Shown in pieces: positions 59,901-64,000 of a stretch of 64,000 nt of DNA. The notes under the pieces are model-generated. The model ran no database searches and had not been told where the DNA came from. It saw nothing but the letters and a program-made list of their open reading frames with translations. Source of the DNA: Paragordius varius (lineage: Eukaryota; Animalia; Nematomorpha); contig OZ176052.1 in NCBI GenBank assembly GCA_964247055.1, positions 2,294,001 to 2,358,000 of the forward strand, read 5' to 3'. Positions within the stretch are counted from its first letter, which is position 1. Every line of letters starts with the position of its first letter. A program made the translations under genes and the position numbers.

Positions 59901-62900
59901 CTTTGAAACGAAACTTACATTTTTTCGTGCGGTAGAAAAACAAATATACAGTTTAGAATCTCTTTTTTTATCAAATAGTAAGGACTTAAATTGTATCCGG
60001 ACTTGTAAAGGCTTTAACACTCGCCTGCCTGCCCAGGGCTGACAGTGATAATGGAAAAAATCCTTAGTTTCGTGGTTTGAACTCTAACACGCAGTGTAAG
60101 AATCCGTCCGGCACTCTACCTATGGAATTTTGAAAACAAAATTAAAACTAATATTGTTTGAAATTACTTATGTATGACTTGTATATAATTTGGGAAGTAT
60201 AAAATCAAATGTGTAACACTAATTTACGTATTTTTAACTTACACAATCCAAAAGGATAGGTTAAATGGTGTAAAAAAGATTATTTTTATATGAACAATTA
60301 TTATTCTATTATTTTTTTGTATTTAACCTTGATATGAGCCCTACTACATTTATCAAATAAAAATAATTACCAAGATTAGTATATCATTTTTAATTTGATA
60401 ATTTAAACTCTGATAAATTTTACGTCTTTTGTTTTATAATCATATTTTTATTTAGATTATTGATTTGATCGAAAAAATTAAAAATGTAAGCACCACATTT
60501 AACAATACCCCTATTGCATTTGAATCTGTGTGGGATTATGCAAAGTATATTTTTTTAAATTATTTTTTCACACTTAAATTTTTTTTAAATTAAAATTTAC
60601 AAATATGTTTTCATTGAAAAAATTAAGTTATATTAAATTTTGAATTTATTATCACGTTTTAGAAAGGATTTAAATGAAACGCAATCTGAGTTACCACCCT
60701 CATCCCTATACAGTTTTCTTAAGGTTGATCGAACGATACCATCCATTTATATTGGCGATCACAAGGCGGAATATCATAATAGGTTATTTATCGTTTATAT
60801 ACTTTGTGTTGTTTATACAGTAAAAATGAATTTTTAAGACAAAATATTATTAGAAAAGACAAATATTGTACATTTTGCGATCCTTTTTTCCAAATCCTTT
60901 TGAATTACGATTCTGAAATATTGAAATAAAGTGTGAGTTATCAATTTTCACCATATAACTTAAAACGATTACATTTAAGGTTTAAAATATATGGGTTTTT
61001 TTTTATAAAATATATTAATTTGGAACTTTTTATGTGTTCTTTTTTAATTTTTGTTTAACAATGGAAATGTATCATTACAAATATAAATATTAGAAATTTA
61101 AAACAATGTAAAAAAAATTAATTTTTATATTGACAGTTGCACTTTTTTGTGTTTATTCAAGTTATTTCGCCTAAATAAATTATTACACCTGTATGATGCC
61201 AAAATATGTTGGAAAATTTGAAATTTCCATTTAAAAAAGAAATTTTACTCGCTATTAATTACAAAATAATTCAATATAATATACTAAAATTCAATTCATT
61301 TTTTTGTGGTTTATTTAGATTTTATCACAGTCCTCTGGATGATTACAATTATTTGGTTAGTAATTATCACAAAAAAAACAGCAATGCTAAAAAGTATTCA
61401 CCCAGAGATCGTAAAAAGAACGAAGATAAAATTGCTCAAAATTTGCAACAAATATCCACTGTGATATCTAAAGTTGTAGCAAAAATGCTTGTGGAAAATG
61501 ACGATGGAGATAATCTATCTAAGATTGATATGATTGAAGCTAAAACCTCTACTGTATATCATATTTTATATCATAATTTTAATTACAATTTTAATTTAAT
61601 TTTTAAATCACGAAAGTTATATTTTTTGATTATTTTTATTTTTAATTGGTAAATTCAACAATAATCAATTTATTTATGTGTATTACCGAGTAAACTTTAT
61701 CAAAAAATTGAAAATAAATTAAAAATAGAATCAAAACATATATATATTCGTGAAATGTAATTTATGAAATTTTTAACGTCGTTTATTTTTATTCAATGCC
61801 TGATTAGATTTCCGCGCTAATGGAATGCTACTTACGGAATAGCTCATGTTCATTTTGGTCCAATTTTAGAGCCTATGTTAAAATAAGTAAGTAACCAAAT
61901 ATTTAGATATATTGCTATATATTTTATCATTCATTTTATAAATATAATTTTATAAAAACTATGTAGTTATTGTTTAATTTTAATAAAAAAAATAGAGATA
62001 ATTTATGGATTCATTTTTTAATAACATTATAATCCTAATCATTATACTTTTGAACATAAAAAAATGCTTTATTTTATTATTATTATAAAGGGTAGGACTC
62101 CGGATTTGGAGTTTTCGTACCACTAAGTAATTCATAATATTTATACTTTGTGGTAATCTGAGGTGATTTTTTACCTAACACATGCCCTTGTGTATAATTA
62201 ATGATTTTACAATAGGACTTAAAAAAATTCTTTATATTAATCATAATTACTAATTAGAGATGTTTTTCAAATTCTTGACTAGTGTTGAATAATTGAAGCA
62301 AATAAACAATTTATGTATAAATAAAATCCTTTGATTTAGATATTATATTAATCCTTATCTATATATATATATAGGATCATCGGATGTATTACCGCGTTAT
62401 GTTAGTGTAGTAGATCACATTCAATTATATACCATTTTAACGCATTTGAGTTTAGCTTACCTAACGGCAAATTATTCTATTAATGATACTTCAAATGAAA
62501 CAAAATTGATTTCCAATGAAATCACAAATAAAGGTGAGAGGGATATGTTGACAAAAACGATGGATTTCGAAACGTGCAAAAGTTTGAATCAAAAAACTGA
62601 TGAGGTTGTCAATAATTTTGAGATTTTGAAGAAATCTTTACGTTTATAAAAATATGACGTGTTTTCGAATATTATATAATATATATATATTACAGTTCAA
62701 ATTTACTTTCGAACAATTCAAATTAACCCTAAATAATTTATGTTTTTTAAAGTTAAAAATACCTATATTATATAATATTTTAAAAAATGAATTTTTGTTT
62801 AAAATAAATATAACACTTAAAAAATAATAAACTATGCCACGTAAATATATTTTATATTAATGACGAATTATATTAGCTGCCCTAAAACACAATTAATTCT

Positions 62901-64000
62901 TAGGGTTTTGAATTGTTCGAGGGTGAATTTGAATTGTATATCTAATAATAAGTAAGAATGTTTTATAAAATTTTCTATAAATAGATAATTGTTTTTTATT
63001 CTACTAATATCTCTTCACCCAAAATAATAATATAATAAAATATGCATTGTATCATCTTTATATCACCTTTTTACGCTATTTTCTCCTCCCCAGGCTTGTT
63101 AAAATTTTTTATTCCTTTCTGACTTTGGTTTGTTGAATATTACTATGCAGAGATTTTTATAATTTTTTCTTGAATAGTACATTGTTAAGTTTGCTATTAA
63201 ACTATATTGTTTAAACAAAAATTTAGTTTTTTAGTGAAGAATGCAAATAATCCCGTAGATTTTTATTGTATGATATCAATTCTAATTAATATTTATTTTC
63301 ATTATGAGAGAATTTTTAATTATCAATATATACCATTTACAATTTATATTCGCCCTTGAACAATTCAAATTCGCCGTTAAACAATTCAAATTCACCCTAA
63401 AAACAAATTTAGTGTTTTCAGGCTATTATAACTCATCATTAAGTTTATTTTTTTTAGAATTATTTTAATTTTAAACAAAATTTTTATTAAAAATATAAAA
63501 AAATATAGTTTTTTTTAATTCTAAAAAAACACATAATTTATTTAGGGGGAATTTGAGTTGTTCAAGGGTGAATTTGAATTGTTTGAGGGGGGATTTTAAT
63601 TGTTCGATGATTATGAATTGTTCGAGTAGGAAATAAATTGTTCGAGTATTATTAAGTGAATTTGAATTGATTAAAGGTAAATTTGAATTATCAAGGGTGA
63701 ATTTGAAGTGTAAATGGTATGAATATATATATATATATATATATGCTAGGATAATTGCATTTATACTCTTTACTCATTTTAGATTTACAGTTATTATTGG
63801 ATACCAAATAAACCTGATGATGATTCGCAACATCCTAACAATCCACAAAATTTAGTTGGCCAGAATAACAAATTATCTCCAGCAAATGTAATTAATGGGA
63901 CCTGTTTTAAGTCTATGGTTCAATTTTCTCTGGCTAGATCCCCAGCCTTCCTTATACCAAACTATGATTTAAAACGCAATGAATTACACGTTTCAACATG
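56916..64000 (+). CDS. NCSTN: Nicastrin (gamma-secretase subunit), 3' end runs off the right edge
   Basis: Signal peptide, then CFRLLNGTHQFGC, CAIQIDFLMHAV...CLRRS, NVWTLLRP, MDSLTMFDGISPA, FNGESYDYIGSS (DYIGS motif), LPPSSLYSFL, FYHSPLDD, LARSPAF. Exons approx. 56916-57057, 57086-~57469, 58006-58162, 58643-58749, 59126-59260, 59550-59873, 60456-60544, 60663-60782, 61319-61553, 61809-61887, 62376-62604, 63783->64000. Confidence 0.93.
59942..60124 (-). mobile_element. tRNA-derived SINE copy 3 (nicastrin intron)
   Basis: B-box-like GAGTTCAAACC, same body and tail. Confidence 0.7.
62689..62941. mobile_element. MITE family A, degenerate
   Basis: Family core with eroded TIRs. Confidence 0.6.
63329..63720. 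mobile_element. MITE family A with expanded right array
   Basis: Intact left TIR; about 8 degenerate 20-bp units before GTGTAAATGGTAT. Confidence 0.8.

Noticed and set aside
62428-62440. TATACCATTTT resembling a family A MITE end
   Set aside because: Lies inside an in-frame nicastrin exon (LYTILTH) with no array or partner TIR.

Overview
Very AT-rich eukaryotic (animal) genomic DNA with spliceosomal GT-AG introns. I hand-spliced five protein-coding genes. (1) A kinesin-6 (KIF20-like) gene on the minus strand, from 11718 to beyond the left edge. (2) An intronless, divergent class A-like 7TM receptor (16064-17668, -). (3) An FCHO1/2-like F-BAR plus mu-homology-domain gene (43082-23109, -). (4) Smad4/Medea (about 56843-48373, -). 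(5) Nicastrin (56916 to beyond the right edge, +), head-to-head with Smad4. Introns and intergenic DNA hold many non-autonomous elements: about 15 TA-flanked Tc1/IS630-type MITEs with 20-bp subterminal arrays, 5 TTAA-flanked piggyBac-like MITEs, 3 tRNA-derived SINEs, hAT-like MITE remnants and an RTE LINE fragment. The most notable observations are: two type I hammerhead ribozyme motifs in a repeat family (fold-back TIRs clear in one copy), both sense-oriented inside introns of Smad4 and the kinesin; a 1.76-kb palindromic Tc1-transposase derivative inside an FCHO intron; five consecutive 22-27 nt introns alongside kb-size introns; and a remodelled Smad4 with local exon-fragment duplications. 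The host cannot be identified from sequence alone. The AT bias, ultrashort introns and divergent proteins suggest a reduced or parasitic animal lineage such as a myxozoan or mesozoan-type parasite (inference only). All gene models are manual and untested against RNA data.
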